Part shown: piece by piece, positions 10,159 through 20,660 of the stretch
Layout: each line of letters starts with the position of its first letter
Position numbering within the stretch: position 1 is the first letter of the stretch
Origin: an uncultured bacterium
GTDB lineage: Bacteria; Vulcanimicrobiota; JAJTBE01; CAZSLZ01
Assembly (NCBI GenBank): GCA_964607865.1
Contig: CAZSLZ010000003.1
Location: forward strand, 1 to 55,204
Length of the DNA: 55,204 bases
Reading direction: 5' to 3'
The notes under the pieces: generated by a model
The model's database searches: none
Told to the model about the DNA's origin: nothing
The model's input: only the letters and a program-made list of their open reading frames with translations
Made by a program: the position numbers and the translations under genes

Positions 10159-11034
10159 ATGGATAAGATAAATTCAGGATTTAAAATAAGCAGGCCCAAT
10201 GTGGGCGGTTACATGCCCAAAACAACGGGTTCAAAGAAGGTTGGCACAAGGGAAAAAGACGAGTTAATTCATTCATTGAAAGACGAAAACGCCCAGTTGA
10301 GAGCCCAGCTGGAAAAACTTCAGGGATTTAAGAACAGAACAATGTCTGCTCCGCAAACTTCATCGAAGGAAACCCCGGAACTTACTTTCGATTGCGATTC
10401 CAATACTTTCAGCGCCTGCAACCTGAAGGGCAAAGATATTATTGTTGACCGGATGAGAATTCAAATTGACGGCACAGCTGAATCTGTAACCAGGTTGTTA
10501 TCGGTGGAAGCTCTTGCCAACAGGGAAGATGGATTGCCCCTGGGAGAGATGGTGGGGCTGGGCAGGAAACCCATGAAAGTAAAAGATTTTCAGCTGAGGT
10601 TACCGGAAAAATCTTCCACACATTTTTTAAATATTACAAAAGGGGAGCAGTTAAAAAAAGAAGGTTTTTCCGAGTTGCAAATCAGTTATTTGCCCGATAA
10701 TAAAATCGAACTAACTGGAAAAGTTAAAAAGCTGGTAAATATTCCCTTCGATCTAAAAGCCAGGGTAAGCGCCACCAGGGAGGGAAAGATCAAACTGACT
10801 CCTTCCAAACTGGATATTCTGGGCTTTTTACCGGTTCCAAAATTTTTAACCAAACTTCTTTCATCGGTTGCTTATGAGAATTCTCAGGATCCCTCAATAA
10901 AACAGGAAGGCGATTCCTTCCTTATAGATTCTCAAAGCTTGGTTCCATCAAATGTCAGTTTTAAACTTGAAGATATCAGAACCGAGAATGGCAACCTTAT
11001 TCTGGAAGGCGGGGAACCACTCCCCGAAAAATAG
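10159..11034 (+). CDS. Hypothetical protein with short coiled coil and TULIP/LmeA-like C-terminal region
   Basis: Long ORF. Low-complexity N-terminus, coiled coil (LKDENAQLRAQLEKL), C-terminus ending LEDIRTENGNLILEG. Family assignment is tentative. Confidence 0.6.
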   Translation: MDKINSGFKISRPNVGGYMPKTTGSKKVGTREKDELIHSLKDENAQLRAQLEKLQGFKNRTMSAPQTSSKETPELTFDCDSNTFSACNLKGKDIIVDRMRIQIDGTAESVTRLLSVEALANREDGLPLGEMVGLGRKPMKVKDFQLRLPEKSSTHFLNITKGEQLKKEGFSELQISYLPDNKIELTGKVKKLVNIPFDLKARVSATREGKIKLTPSKLDILGFLPVPKFLTKLLSSVAYENSQDPSIKQEGDSFLIDSQSLVPSNVSFKLEDIRTENGNLILEGGEPLPEK

Positions 11035-11104
11035 AAAACCGGAAGCAGAAATCAGAAATTTATCAATGTAATCCGCCACCGGTATCGTTCTGCTGGTATT
11101 TTTT

Positions 11105-11740
11105 TTAGAATAATCCCTGTCCCAGAAACAGCCTCATTAGAAAGCCATAGGGTATGGCAATAATCCATCCCGGCATGAGAAAAATCACCGCAGCCAATAC
11201 CAGGGGTATATAGGTTGCGTACTGCCGTTCCATTTCCATCAAATCATAAGCCTGTTTGGAAGGCAATATTCCATACAGGATTTTTGACCCGTCCAGGGGT
11301 GGAATGGGAATAAGGTTAAATAACCCCAGGCCGATGTTTACCATTACAAAGACCATTAAGAACTGGAAGAGAATTCCCGAAGAAATCATTCCGAATTTGA
11401 TGGGAATTCCTGCTATAGCCGCCATGGTGAAGTTGGAAAGAGGCCCGGCAAAAGCCACCCATGCCATATGCTGTCGTGGGCTTTTAAAGTTATAAGGGTT
11501 TACCTTTACCGGTTTTGCCCATCCAATAACAAAGGGCGAAAATAGAAGGGTAAATATAAGCACACCTGCCCCGATGGGGTCAATATGTTTTCGGGGGTCT
11601 ATACTGAACCGCCCCTCATACTTTGCGGTGGGGTCACCGAATAAGAATGCCGAATATCCATGACATATTTCATGAACAACAAAAGCTATAAGTATGGATG
11701 GGACACCAAAAAGTATTTTTGTAAGAATGTCGGATCCCAT
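11105..11740 (-). CDS. Site-2 protease (peptidase M50)
   Basis: HEICH zinc motif, GDPTAK, AGPLSN, FNLIPIPPLDG. Confidence 0.93.
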   Translation of the reverse strand: MGSDILTKILFGVPSILIAFVVHEICHGYSAFLFGDPTAKYEGRFSIDPRKHIDPIGAGVLIFTLLFSPFVIGWAKPVKVNPYNFKSPRQHMAWVAFAGPLSNFTMAAIAGIPIKFGMISSGILFQFLMVFVMVNIGLGLFNLIPIPPLDGSKILYGILPSKQAYDLMEMERQYATYIPLVLAAVIFLMPGWIIAIPYGFLMRLFLGQGLF

Positions 11741-11883
11741 AATTGAATCTCCTTTTTTCTTAATTGTCGTCAGAAATTAATGATTTATTTTTGTTGAATT
11801 TAGATAATGGTATTAGAAATCCTTTTTATATAAATTCTCAGAAAGCTTCAACGATTGATAGAGAAAAAATTCTACATGAAAAT

Positions 11884-12027
11884 CGTCATCACTCACCCCG
11901 GTGAACAGGGAGCCCAACCCCTGCAGGTTGGTATTGCCACGCTTCTTCGAGGCTCTCAATGTCGGAAAAACATATCCGAAGCCCGTCATTGCAGGGTTTC
12001 ATAGGAACCGTGGCAATCTCAATTTAG
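11884..12027. repeat. CGTC-tagged palindromic repeat element, copy A (degenerate)
   Basis: CGTCATTGCAGGGTTTCATAGGAACCGTGGCAATCTCAATTTAG at 11984-12027, preceded by an inverted degenerate arm ATTGCCACG...CTCTCAATGTCG. Confidence 0.75.
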
Positions 12028-12117
12028 CTATTGTTTGTTTCTTACCCGCATACTCCTGTCAAAAACCATAAAAACAAAGAAACTGCCTTTCCGGGACAGT
12101 TCTTTTTAACCTGAATT

Positions 12118-12459
12118 TCAGAAAGGAAAGAGAAAATCACCAGAAGATGTTCGCTGCATTGTTTTAATATCGACTATGGCATCTTTATTTATAAAGCCGT
12201 AAATATGGGGGAATTCAATATGTGAGCCCGGATTTTTCTCGTAGATAACCGGCGCTTTTACTTTATTTTCATCAATTTTTAAAAGTACAAAATCGTGAGG
12301 GGAATTCCTGTTTATATTGTTGCAAATAGAAATTACAACATTAGGTTCCCCGGTACAATGAATAAACCCCTCATTGAAGAAATCAGGGGAAAAGTATTGA
12401 GTTTTATCCTTAAAATGCCTGAAGTATTCGTTTTCAACAAAATGATAGATTGCTTTCAT
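12118..12459 (-). CDS. DUF952 family protein
   Basis: IYH, EGFIHC, FVLLKID and FPHIYG.IN.DAIV motifs. Confidence 0.88.
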   Translation of the reverse strand: MKAIYHFVENEYFRHFKDKTQYFSPDFFNEGFIHCTGEPNVVISICNNINRNSPHDFVLLKIDENKVKAPVIYEKNPGSHIEFPHIYGFINKDAIVDIKTMQRTSSGDFLFPF

Positions 12460-12589
12460 TTTTTTGCTTCCTTTTTTCTATGTTAACAATCATATAACAA
12501 ATAAATTCCAAATGCAATATGTTAAAAGGAAAACTCAATTTACAGAAGAAATTAATGATAAAAATTCTATTGCTGTGGGAAGGTGCTTT

Positions 12590-13429
12590 ATGGAGGTCGG
12601 AGTTTCAACCTGCTGTGTGGATACCGGCGAAAACACTATAATTGATCATCTGGTAGACATTAAGAAAGCCGGTTTCAATATAATTGAAATTGACGGCCAT
12701 AATTACAGCAGTTTTCCCTACCTGGAGAATGAATTTATCGAAAACTTAAAAAAAGTTCTCTTACGGTTGAAAATCAGAATTAATTCTATTCATGCCCCTT
12801 TTCATCTTTCTATTACGGACCCCGATAAAAACATTAGAGAAGAAGCTATTGCAACTATTCTGAAATTTCTGCATTGTATAAAACCCCTGGAAGAACTTAC
12901 AGAAAAGGGTTTTTTAATAATTCATCCCGGACACCATTTAACCCGCACTCCGGCCCACATTCAACAAATGCTGTGCCTGGAAAGCTTGAAGATTATTCTT
13001 GAAAACAACCCTTTATCCCGGCTGAAACCCAGTGTAGAAAACATGCTCTCTTCTCATTACGGGGGAAAAGCCAGTGAGTTGAAATTGATGGTAGAAACCT
13101 TTGGAAAGAATCGCTTGTCAATTTGCCTGGATACCAGCCATTCGGTATATGACAGCAATCCTGTGGATTTTTTATCTGTGGTTGAACCATATATTTCAAC
13201 CACTCATTTATCAGATAATTACAATCAGTCCCGTGGCGAGTTTCATGCCATCCCGATGACCCTTAAACACAGCTGTATAAACTGGCTGGTTTTGATGAAA
13301 GAATTGACAGGAAAGTTGGATACTCTGATATTTGAATTAAATAAACCTTATTATCTGGATAATTTTACCTTTTTAAAAATGGCTCGACTGGCGGCAGATC
13401 GCCTGAAGGACTTTATTCCGACTCAATGA
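12590..13429 (+). CDS. Sugar phosphate isomerase/epimerase (AP endonuclease 2 TIM barrel)
   Basis: SIHAPF, IIHPG, SVENM, ICLDTSH, THLSDN and FE metal ligands; ATG 12590 after AAGGTG. Confidence 0.85.
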   Translation: MEVGVSTCCVDTGENTIIDHLVDIKKAGFNIIEIDGHNYSSFPYLENEFIENLKKVLLRLKIRINSIHAPFHLSITDPDKNIREEAIATILKFLHCIKPLEELTEKGFLIIHPGHHLTRTPAHIQQMLCLESLKIILENNPLSRLKPSVENMLSSHYGGKASELKLMVETFGKNRLSICLDTSHSVYDSNPVDFLSVVEPYISTTHLSDNYNQSRGEFHAIPMTLKHSCINWLVLMKELTGKLDTLIFELNKPYYLDNFTFLKMARLAADRLKDFIPTQ

Positions 13430-13477
13430 TTCTGTTCATAAGTTAATTTTGAATTTATGCTGAAAACACACCAAACA

Positions 13478-13733
13478 GTCATTGCAAGTCTTTCCAGGTT
13501 TGGCAATCTAAAAGAATGTTGTCATTACGGGGCTTCGAAGAAACCGTGGCAATCTCAACTTAGATCAGTTTGGTTCCATTCCCACTTACCTTGCTTCCGT
13601 GAACGCCCGAATATTTTACCGCTGAAAAAACTATAATGCGAACAACGTGTTCTCCCATTCTAAATGGGATTTCCCCCATTCCCAGTGGGGTGGCACAGAG
13701 ATCGCCACGTTGCTGGCGCTTCTCGGGCTGACG
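13478..13733 (+). repeat. CGTC-tagged palindromic repeat element, copy B
   Basis: Two tandem GTCATT...GGCAATCT arms, AACTTAGATC...CCCACTTACC, ATGCGAACAA...CCCATTCTAAATGGG, and an inverted arm GAGATCGCCACGT...GACG. Confidence 0.85.
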
Positions 13734-13793
13734 AAGTTATCATTATTCAATATAAAAAAAAGCTGCTCTTTTGGAACAGCTTCAATTTTTAGA

Positions 13794-15113
13794 TTATATT
13801 TTTAACATCCGGGTCTTGTATTTACCCAGCCTGATTAACTGAACCAGAGGAATCCTGGCGGGGCAAGTATAAGTGCAGGATCCGCACTCCATACAATCCA
13901 TCATGTTATAATTATATTTCATTTCCGTCCATTTTTCTTTCTGGGCAAGTTTACCCAGCATCTGGGGCATTAATTTCTGGGGGCAGGCCTTGACACAGAA
14001 AGAACAACGAATGCAATTTTCAGGTTCGGGTAATTCGGTGGCTTCTTCTGATAACACCAGTATTCCTGAGACTCCCTTTATTACAGGAACATCCAGTGTA
14101 TATTGGGCAATTCCCATCATGGGGCCACCCATGATAATCTTGCCTGCGTCACCCTTGAAACCGCCGGCAGCTTCGATCAGGGTGCGGAAAGGTATTCCAA
14201 AACGGGCAAGAAAATTACCGGGGTTTTTTACCGCATCGCCGCTTACAGTTATAACCCTTTCAATGAGAGGCTTACCTATAGTCACAGCTTCATATACGGC
14301 AATAGCTGTGCCCACATTCTGCACCACAACTCCCACATCTATGGGAAGTCCGCCGGAGGGAACTTCCTTTCCGGTGATAGCCTGAATCAATTGTTTTTCA
14401 GACCCCTGGGGGTATTGGGTTTTCAATACTTTCTTGGTAATTATATTGGTCCTGCCTTCCAGGGCTTTATCCAAAGACTTGTTGGCCAGGTATTTGTTAT
14501 CTTCCAGGGCAAGAATTACTTCGGTGGCTCCGGTGGCTCTTTTAAGAATCCTGATTCCCTCTATCAGGTCATCGGCACGTTCGTTCATCAATCGATCATC
14601 ACTGGTAAGGTAAGGCTCACATTCTGCGCCATTTATAATAAGGCTGTCAACATGCTTGCCTTCCGGAGGAGTCAGTTTGATGTGAGTGGGAAAAGCAGCT
14701 CCGCCCAGGCCCACAATGCCGGCTTCTTTTATAAGCGCCACTATTTCCTTTGGAGGCATCTCTTCCCAGTGCCGGGTAGGAGCCTTATAATAGGGAATAT
14801 CCACGTCAGCGCCTTCAATAATGACAGCCTTGCAGATACCCTGAACCGGATGAGGGGCATCCTCTATGGCAACAACCTTGCCGGTTATGGGAGAATGAAT
14901 AACCGCAGTAATGAAGGCATCGCTTTCGCCGATTTTCTGTCCCGTATGTACTTCGTCATTTACTTTCACCAGAGGCTGTGCCGGTACCCCCAGGTGCATA
15001 GACATGGGGATGGTTACTTTTTTAGGGATCTCCAGAATCTGGATGGCCTCAGCCTGGGTTTCTTCTTTATGTTCGGGGGGATGGACCCCGCCATGAAATG
15101 CTTTGGTGCTCAT
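13794..15113 (-). CDS. rnfC: Electron transport complex subunit RnfC/RsxC
   Basis: FHGGVHPPEHK, GIVGLGGAAFPT, INGAECEPYLTSD, YPQGSEKQL, GGPMMG, two CxxCxxCxxxCP ferredoxin motifs. Confidence 0.95.
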   Translation of the reverse strand: MSTKAFHGGVHPPEHKEETQAEAIQILEIPKKVTIPMSMHLGVPAQPLVKVNDEVHTGQKIGESDAFITAVIHSPITGKVVAIEDAPHPVQGICKAVIIEGADVDIPYYKAPTRHWEEMPPKEIVALIKEAGIVGLGGAAFPTHIKLTPPEGKHVDSLIINGAECEPYLTSDDRLMNERADDLIEGIRILKRATGATEVILALEDNKYLANKSLDKALEGRTNIITKKVLKTQYPQGSEKQLIQAITGKEVPSGGLPIDVGVVVQNVGTAIAVYEAVTIGKPLIERVITVSGDAVKNPGNFLARFGIPFRTLIEAAGGFKGDAGKIIMGGPMMGIAQYTLDVPVIKGVSGILVLSEEATELPEPENCIRCSFCVKACPQKLMPQMLGKLAQKEKWTEMKYNYNMMDCMECGSCTYTCPARIPLVQLIRLGKYKTRMLKI

Positions 15114-15133
15114 TTATCAGTCTCCAGTAGTTT

Positions 15134-15958
15134 CTATGTACTCCATTCCTGGTTAATTTTTTCAGAGAAATTTTCCAGAAAATGGGTGGTCCAGGTCAGC
15201 AGCCCCGGTTTGAATGTGAAAGTATCCTCCACCTGAATGTCTTCCATCAGGTGGTTTTTCATTTCCCGGCACAGGCCGAACCTTATATCAATTAATATTG
15301 TTATTAAAGATGAAAGATCTCCTTCCGGGCACTCTTCCAATCTTCTAATTTCTTTTAGAAGCTGAACGCACTCCAGAAAAACTTCTGCAACCTCTTTTGC
15401 CAATTCAAGGGTGATTCGGTCTGGCACCTCTGCGGGCCGTATTTTCACCCTCAGTTCTTCTTTGAGGTTTTCATAATCTTTATTTAACTCGTCGCGATCG
15501 GTGGAAATTTCTTTATATTCATTTTTATCTTCAACAGGCTCCAGAGAAAGGGCATCATCGATATTCTCGGGCTCATCAACTTCCTCGGGCTCAGGTTCAT
15601 CGTCAAAATCCTCTTCCAGTTGATCTCCTTCAAATATTTCCTCAACATCCTTTATTAACTGGTTTAATGGGCTTTCAAGTTGAGTGATATTCCTGGAGAG
15701 CTTCTTGGTAATTTCCCGGATATAAAGAACGAATTTTAAATATTCGCCCCAGTCCCGATCTTCCACATCCAAAAATTTATCCACGTAGCTTATATAATCA
15801 TAAGCCAACGTGGATAATTGTCCTATAAAAAAAGATGGTTTTATAATACTTAACATATTAACCCCGGAGGTTGCAACCTTTGTGTAAATACACTGGGCTG
15901 CATCGCTGGAGGTTCTTAACCTTCTGGATTCGGCTCTTACATCGGTCCAGAATGACAT
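15134..15958 (-). CDS. Hypothetical acidic helical protein
   Basis: 274 aa ORF with AGGAG RBS, tightly packed between the upstream fusion gene and rnfC; central acidic linker. Confidence 0.75.
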   Translation of the reverse strand: MSFWTDVRAESRRLRTSSDAAQCIYTKVATSGVNMLSIIKPSFFIGQLSTLAYDYISYVDKFLDVEDRDWGEYLKFVLYIREITKKLSRNITQLESPLNQLIKDVEEIFEGDQLEEDFDDEPEPEEVDEPENIDDALSLEPVEDKNEYKEISTDRDELNKDYENLKEELRVKIRPAEVPDRITLELAKEVAEVFLECVQLLKEIRRLEECPEGDLSSLITILIDIRFGLCREMKNHLMEDIQVEDTFTFKPGLLTWTTHFLENFSEKINQEWST

Positions 15959-15970
15959 TTATTATCTCCT

Positions 15971-18820
15971 TTATTGGGCCAGGATCTTCAATAATGCTTC
16001 CCGGAGTTCCTCGCCCTGGATATCCTGATCCCTTAAAGCCCGAATTTTCTGTGCTCTTTTGGGATAGTCCAATTCATATTCCAGCCAGTTTGCGAAATCT
16101 CCTTTAGACATATGGAATTGCATTGATGCAGGTTCAATATAATGAATGGCATCCACAAACTCCTTGAAATTTCTGGCTCTGATACCCAGATATTTACCGG
16201 GAATCCAGAAATGGAAAGCACGTTCTACCGATAAATAACCGCCCCGTTCATCCCTGGGCTCTTCCACATTCTCAGCTACGGGTTTCTTTTCGGGTGATTC
16301 CAAATCCAGGTTAACAGGAGTTTCCTCTTTCAATTCTTCCACCGAAGCTACCAGTTTTTCCAGGTATTTTCTGGCTTCCTTGTCGGTGCCTGCCTCGGCA
16401 TAAAGATGGAATACAGGAGCAGCCGGATCAGGCAGCATTAAAGTCCATGCCTGATCATAGAATATTTTCAATCCTTCCACAACTTCCATAGGTTTATCCT
16501 TGTGCATTTCAATCATTCGCCTCATAATTTTACCCTTCTGCTGCCATCTGCATTCCACAGAAGTGGTTGCCACGTGGAAATCAGGAATTTCATTAAGGAA
16601 TTCCGACAATTTTTTGCCTTCCAGGGCAAGCATTTCCATCATTTTGGCAAAAGCAAACATGGCATCGAAAGCGGTCTGGAATTGAGGGAAGATAAACTTT
16701 CCGTTTGAGTTGCCTGCGAAAGCTATGCGTTTTTCACCCAGAGAGGCAGTATGCATTAAAGACCTTCCATCGGTCTTGGTGCGAATCACCTTGCCGTTGA
16801 ACCGATGAGCAATTGCTTCAATTATTGAAGGCGCAGTAACCGGAACCGCAACTATGCTGTTGGGAGTATGTTTCAGGGTAAGGTAGGCATATAATGCAAG
16901 TAATTTATCGTCGGAAATAATATTACCTTTATCGTCAGCAATGATAATCTTTTCACTGTCCACATCCAGGCGCACACCCAGATCTGCATTCAGTGTTGTT
17001 ACAATATCTGAAAGATTCTTCAGCCCCACTTCCACATTCTCCATGGCTTCCCGGGCTTTGTTATGTTCCAGATAAGCGTTAATAGCAATCATTTCGCAGC
17101 CCATTTTACCCAGCAGATATGGTAGAACCAGGGTGGCATTTCCAAAACCGTAATTAATTACCACCTTGAAGTTTGCTTTTCTTATTGCATCGGTATCCAG
17201 GTTGTTGATATAACCTTCGTTGTATTGATCAATGGAACGGGACGGGAAATCGATGGTTCCCACTTCTTCCATGGGGGTTCTGCGAAAGTCTTCCCTGAAG
17301 AAAATATTCTCCAGTTTCCGCTCTACCGCCTTGCTGATATTAATTCCCCGGTCATCGAAGAATTCCAGCAGGATAGATCTGGGGTCGGTTGGATCTATGC
17401 GGGTATGAATTCCTCCCTTGGCGCCGGTATTTTTTATGGCATATCGGCTTATGGGCGAAGGTAATACCCTTAAATCATGAATATTTACTCCCACCGAGGT
17501 CATACCACAGATAATAGCGCGATTTATCATTCTCACTGCGGGGTTGGAATCCCGGCTGGTGGTGGCAGAGGAATTCTTGGCAAGATAAGCGCCGAAAGCT
17601 GCCCCCAGTTTTAAAGCCAGTTCGGGAGTAAGTTCGATATTTGCCAGCCCGGAGATGCCATCAACCCCAAACAGGGACCCCGGCCATTTCACACCCCAGA
17701 TAAGGCTCATATTAACTGTGGCGCCGGCCTCGATGTTTTTATCGGGCCATACTTTCACCTGGGGCTGTACCACAGCGCCAGAACCGATATAAACCTTGTC
17801 GCCGAGAACGACACCTTCATTTATAACCACATTGTTTTTAATGGTATTATGCCGGCAAATAATTGAGCCCACCATTCGGGTTTTTTTGCCCACATATACG
17901 TTGTTCCACATTATGCACCGGTGAATATTAGCTTCTTCCTCCACTATGCAGTTATCGCCTATAACAGTGAATTCGTCTATGTTTACGCCGGCTTTGATCC
18001 GGCAATTCTTACCAATAACACAGGGGCCCTGAATATTGGCCTCGGGATGTATTTCCGATCCCTCGCCCAGCCAGATTTTTCTGCCGATGTTTTTACCCGG
18101 AGGTTCGGCGTCAACGCGGCCCTGAATTAAATCGATGTGGGCCTGGCGGTATTGCTGCAGGTTTCCAATATCACACCAGTAACCGGTGGCTATATGGCCG
18201 AACATGGGACGTTCACGCTCTAAAAGCTGGGGAAAAATATCCTTACTCCAGTCATATTTCTTGTTTTTTTCCATATAATCGAAAACTTCGGGCTCCAGTA
18301 TGTAGATACCAGTGTTCACCGTATCGCTGAAAACCTCGCCCCATGAGGGTTTTTCCAGGAACCGGCGGATTGAGCCGTCCTCATCGGTAATAACCACGCC
18401 GTATTCCAGGGGGTTGTCCACCCTGGTCAGGGTAAGGGTTGCTACCGCTTTCTTTTCTTTATGATATTCTATTGCCTTGGAAAGATCGAAATCAGTAAGG
18501 GCATCACCGCTGATGATCATGAAAGTATCGTCCAGATATTCAGAAACCATCTTCACTGCGCCGGCAGTGCCCAGGGGTTCCTCTTCCACGGAGTACATGA
18601 GTTGTACTCCCCAGTCGGAGCCGTCGCCAAAATAACTCACTATCTCGTCAGCCAGGTAATGAAGAGTAATAATTATCTGGGTAATGCCATGCTTTTTCAG
18701 CAACTCGATAATATACTCCATCACCGGTTTGTTTGCCAGAGAAACCAGGGGTTTGGGCCTGTTCGCCGTAAGGGGCCTCAGCCTGGTTCCTTCTCCTCCT
18801 GCCATTAATACTGCCTTCAT
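15971..18820 (-). CDS. Sugar-phosphate nucleotidyltransferase (mannose-1-P guanylyltransferase-like) / phosphomannomutase-like fusion with extra C-terminal DUF5752-like domain
   Basis: [32 protein letters not shown], hexapeptide repeats, then a PGM/PMM fold (LFGVDGISG), then AFHF...[11 protein letters not shown]...[12 protein letters not shown]. Confidence 0.9.
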   Translation of the reverse strand: MKAVLMAGGEGTRLRPLTANRPKPLVSLANKPVMEYIIELLKKHGITQIIITLHYLADEIVSYFGDGSDWGVQLMYSVEEEPLGTAGAVKMVSEYLDDTFMIISGDALTDFDLSKAIEYHKEKKAVATLTLTRVDNPLEYGVVITDEDGSIRRFLEKPSWGEVFSDTVNTGIYILEPEVFDYMEKNKKYDWSKDIFPQLLERERPMFGHIATGYWCDIGNLQQYRQAHIDLIQGRVDAEPPGKNIGRKIWLGEGSEIHPEANIQGPCVIGKNCRIKAGVNIDEFTVIGDNCIVEEEANIHRCIMWNNVYVGKKTRMVGSIICRHNTIKNNVVINEGVVLGDKVYIGSGAVVQPQVKVWPDKNIEAGATVNMSLIWGVKWPGSLFGVDGISGLANIELTPELALKLGAAFGAYLAKNSSATTSRDSNPAVRMINRAIICGMTSVGVNIHDLRVLPSPISRYAIKNTGAKGGIHTRIDPTDPRSILLEFFDDRGINISKAVERKLENIFFREDFRRTPMEEVGTIDFPSRSIDQYNEGYINNLDTDAIRKANFKVVINYGFGNATLVLPYLLGKMGCEMIAINAYLEHNKAREAMENVEVGLKNLSDIVTTLNADLGVRLDVDSEKIIIADDKGNIISDDKLLALYAYLTLKHTPNSIVAVPVTAPSIIEAIAHRFNGKVIRTKTDGRSLMHTASLGEKRIAFAGNSNGKFIFPQFQTAFDAMFAFAKMMEMLALEGKKLSEFLNEIPDFHVATTSVECRWQQKGKIMRRMIEMHKDKPMEVVEGLKIFYDQAWTLMLPDPAAPVFHLYAEAGTDKEARKYLEKLVASVEELKEETPVNLDLESPEKKPVAENVEEPRDERGGYLSVERAFHFWIPGKYLGIRARNFKEFVDAIHYIEPASMQFHMSKGDFANWLEYELDYPKRAQKIRALRDQDIQGEELREALLKILAQ

Positions 18821-18850
18821 AAAATTACCCCCTTGGTATTTAAATTTTAA

Positions 18851-19288
18851 TTATAAACTTGTCTGTTTGACTTTTACCAGGCGCCGGGCAAAGGTTTTTG
18901 CCTTTTTTTCGTCTGAAATAATGTCAAAATCAAAGAGAAAAGCTCCTTTCCCTTCGACGGTTTCCATTAATTTTTTCTGAGCGTTCCCGGAGCCGAATAA
19001 GCTGCCTGTAACAAAAGTAGCTACTTTCTTACCCTGCAAATAATTGCAACTTTTAATAAAACTGCTTATTTCTCCGGGAATATCACCGGACCAGTTGAGG
19101 GTGGGAGCTCCGATAACAATCAGTTCTCTTTCCCTGAAATAAGTCGGGTTATTATTCTTCTGTATGTCACTGGAACCTACCAGGTTTAAATCGATTTCAA
19201 TGCCCTGGTTCTCCAGTTCCAACGTTATTTCCTCTGAAATTGATACAATATGATTAAAACCTTCGGGTATGAATAACGCTGCCTTCAT
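18851..19288 (-). CDS. Flavodoxin-like domain protein
   Basis: LIVIGAPT..W, LQGKKVATFVT; the phosphate-binding loop is degenerate. Confidence 0.7.
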   Translation of the reverse strand: MKAALFIPEGFNHIVSISEEITLELENQGIEIDLNLVGSSDIQKNNNPTYFRERELIVIGAPTLNWSGDIPGEISSFIKSCNYLQGKKVATFVTGSLFGSGNAQKKLMETVEGKGAFLFDFDIISDEKKAKTFARRLVKVKQTSL

Positions 19289-19424
19289 AATTATTAATTT
19301 GTCCTATTCATCGGAATTCCTCCATGAAAACCAGCATGAAATATTGTAAAGTAAAAGGAAATATATTGGTGGCGGGTATTACAGCGTTATCAAGGTAAAA
19401 ATTCAGAAATTTTTAGATTTACTA

Positions 19425-19453
19425 TTGCAAAATTTCAATAATTTGTTTATAAT
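19425..19453 (+). promoter_or_regulatory. Sigma70-type promoter of rpsB operon
   Basis: TTGCAA, 17 bp spacer, TATAAT. Confidence 0.6.
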
Positions 19454-19510
19454 GATTAACCTGAATGCAGGATTCAGTTTTCAAAACAAGAATATGCATT
19501 AGATTTTAAT

Positions 19511-19606
19511 CACACAGCGTTGTGGATTCTTTTCCCGGGTGCTCGTTTCGGCGAGTTGGAAAAGTCGGAAACAACGCCAGGAAGAACCCGTATGGGGAAG
19601 GAGGTG
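19511..19606 (+). promoter_or_regulatory. Putative rpsB 5' leader RNA (S2 autoregulatory element)
   Basis: Structured GC-richer UTR: CACAC...GCGTTGT/ACAACGC stem, TTTTCC/GGAAAA, GGTGC, CTCG-TTTCGG-CGAG hairpin. Position matches known rpsB leaders. Confidence 0.6.
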
Positions 19607-19614
19607 AAAAATAG

Positions 19615-20586
19615 ATGGCCGTTGTTACCATGAAACAGCTTCTGGAAGCTGGTGTTCATTTTGGACATCAGACCCGTCGTTGGAACCCCAAAATGCGTAA
19701 GTATATTTTTACCGAAAGAAATGGTATTTATATAATCGACCTGCAGAAAACGGTTCAAAAGATGAAAAGCGCCTATGATTTTGTAAAAGAGGTGATTAAG
19801 GCTGGCGAGCCGGTGTTATTTGTGGGAACCAAGAAACAGGCCCAGGAATCAGTCAGGGAAGAGGCGAAGCGTTGCGGTATGTATTTTGTTACCCAGCGTT
19901 GGCTGGGCGGTATGCTTACCAATTTCAAAACCATTCGCAAGAGAATTCAGCGTTTGAAAGAGTTGGATGCCATGGTCGAAGAGGGACAGTTGGATCTTCT
20001 TCCAAAGAAGGAGGCCAAACGCCTTGATGATCAGCGTAAGAAATTGGAAAGATTTCTTGGCGGCATAAAAGATATGCCCGGTTTACCCGGTGTGGTATAT
20101 ATAATTGACCCCAGGAAAGAAAATATTGCCGTATTGGAAGCCCGCAAGTTAGGTATTCCCATAATTGCAATTATCGATACCAATTGCGACCCTGATCTCA
20201 TTGATTATCCCATACCTGGAAACGATGACGCAATTCGGGCAGTCAAGTTGATAACTTCCCGGATAGCCGATGCGGTTATAGAAGCCAAGACAGAGATGGA
20301 GAGCGAAGCAGCTGAAGCTCTGGGAATGGAAGAACGGGAAGATGAATTGGAGAGAGAAGCCGAGGTGGTTCTCACCGGGCCTACCACAAAAGTGATGAGT
20401 CCCGGCGCCGAAGCCAAGGCCCCCATTCTGACCGGCCCCCAGACCCGCATAATTACCCCAAGGGGTGAGAGCAAACCTGTGGAGTCACCCTCCGAGGTTA
20501 TACGAAGCGAACATACCGGAGATGTGAAAACCGAGACTGAAAAGGTTGTTACCAGGCCCGATGTTCCTTCAGAAACAGAAAAATAA
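19615..20586 (+). CDS. rpsB: 30S ribosomal protein S2 with C-terminal extension
   Basis: [40 protein letters not shown]. Confidence 0.98.
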   Translation: MAVVTMKQLLEAGVHFGHQTRRWNPKMRKYIFTERNGIYIIDLQKTVQKMKSAYDFVKEVIKAGEPVLFVGTKKQAQESVREEAKRCGMYFVTQRWLGGMLTNFKTIRKRIQRLKELDAMVEEGQLDLLPKKEAKRLDDQRKKLERFLGGIKDMPGLPGVVYIIDPRKENIAVLEARKLGIPIIAIIDTNCDPDLIDYPIPGNDDAIRAVKLITSRIADAVIEAKTEMESEAAEALGMEEREDELEREAEVVLTGPTTKVMSPGAEAKAPILTGPQTRIITPRGESKPVESPSEVIRSEHTGDVKTETEKVVTRPDVPSETEK

Positions 20587-20607
20587 TTTCTGATTATCAA
20601 CTTAACG

Positions 20608-20634
20608 GAGGTCAGGCTATCCCTGACCTCTTTT
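20608..20634 (+). terminator. Hairpin between rpsB and tsf
   Basis: GAGGTCAGG-CTATC-CCTGACCTC followed by TTTT. Confidence 0.55.
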
Positions 20635-20660
20635 ATTGAATCTGACAGGAGTGATACTAG

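Noticed and set aside
11884-11980. Possible SRP or other ncRNA in the GC-rich stretch upstream of the site-2 protease
   Set aside because: No SRP, tmRNA, RNase P or riboswitch consensus recognised; better explained as degenerate repeat arms. An Rfam scan would settle it.
14103-15236. Long antisense ORFs (377 aa here; also 36284..37018 and 20205..20858)
   Set aside because: They fully overlap well-supported genes on the opposite strand and have no recognisable motifs.
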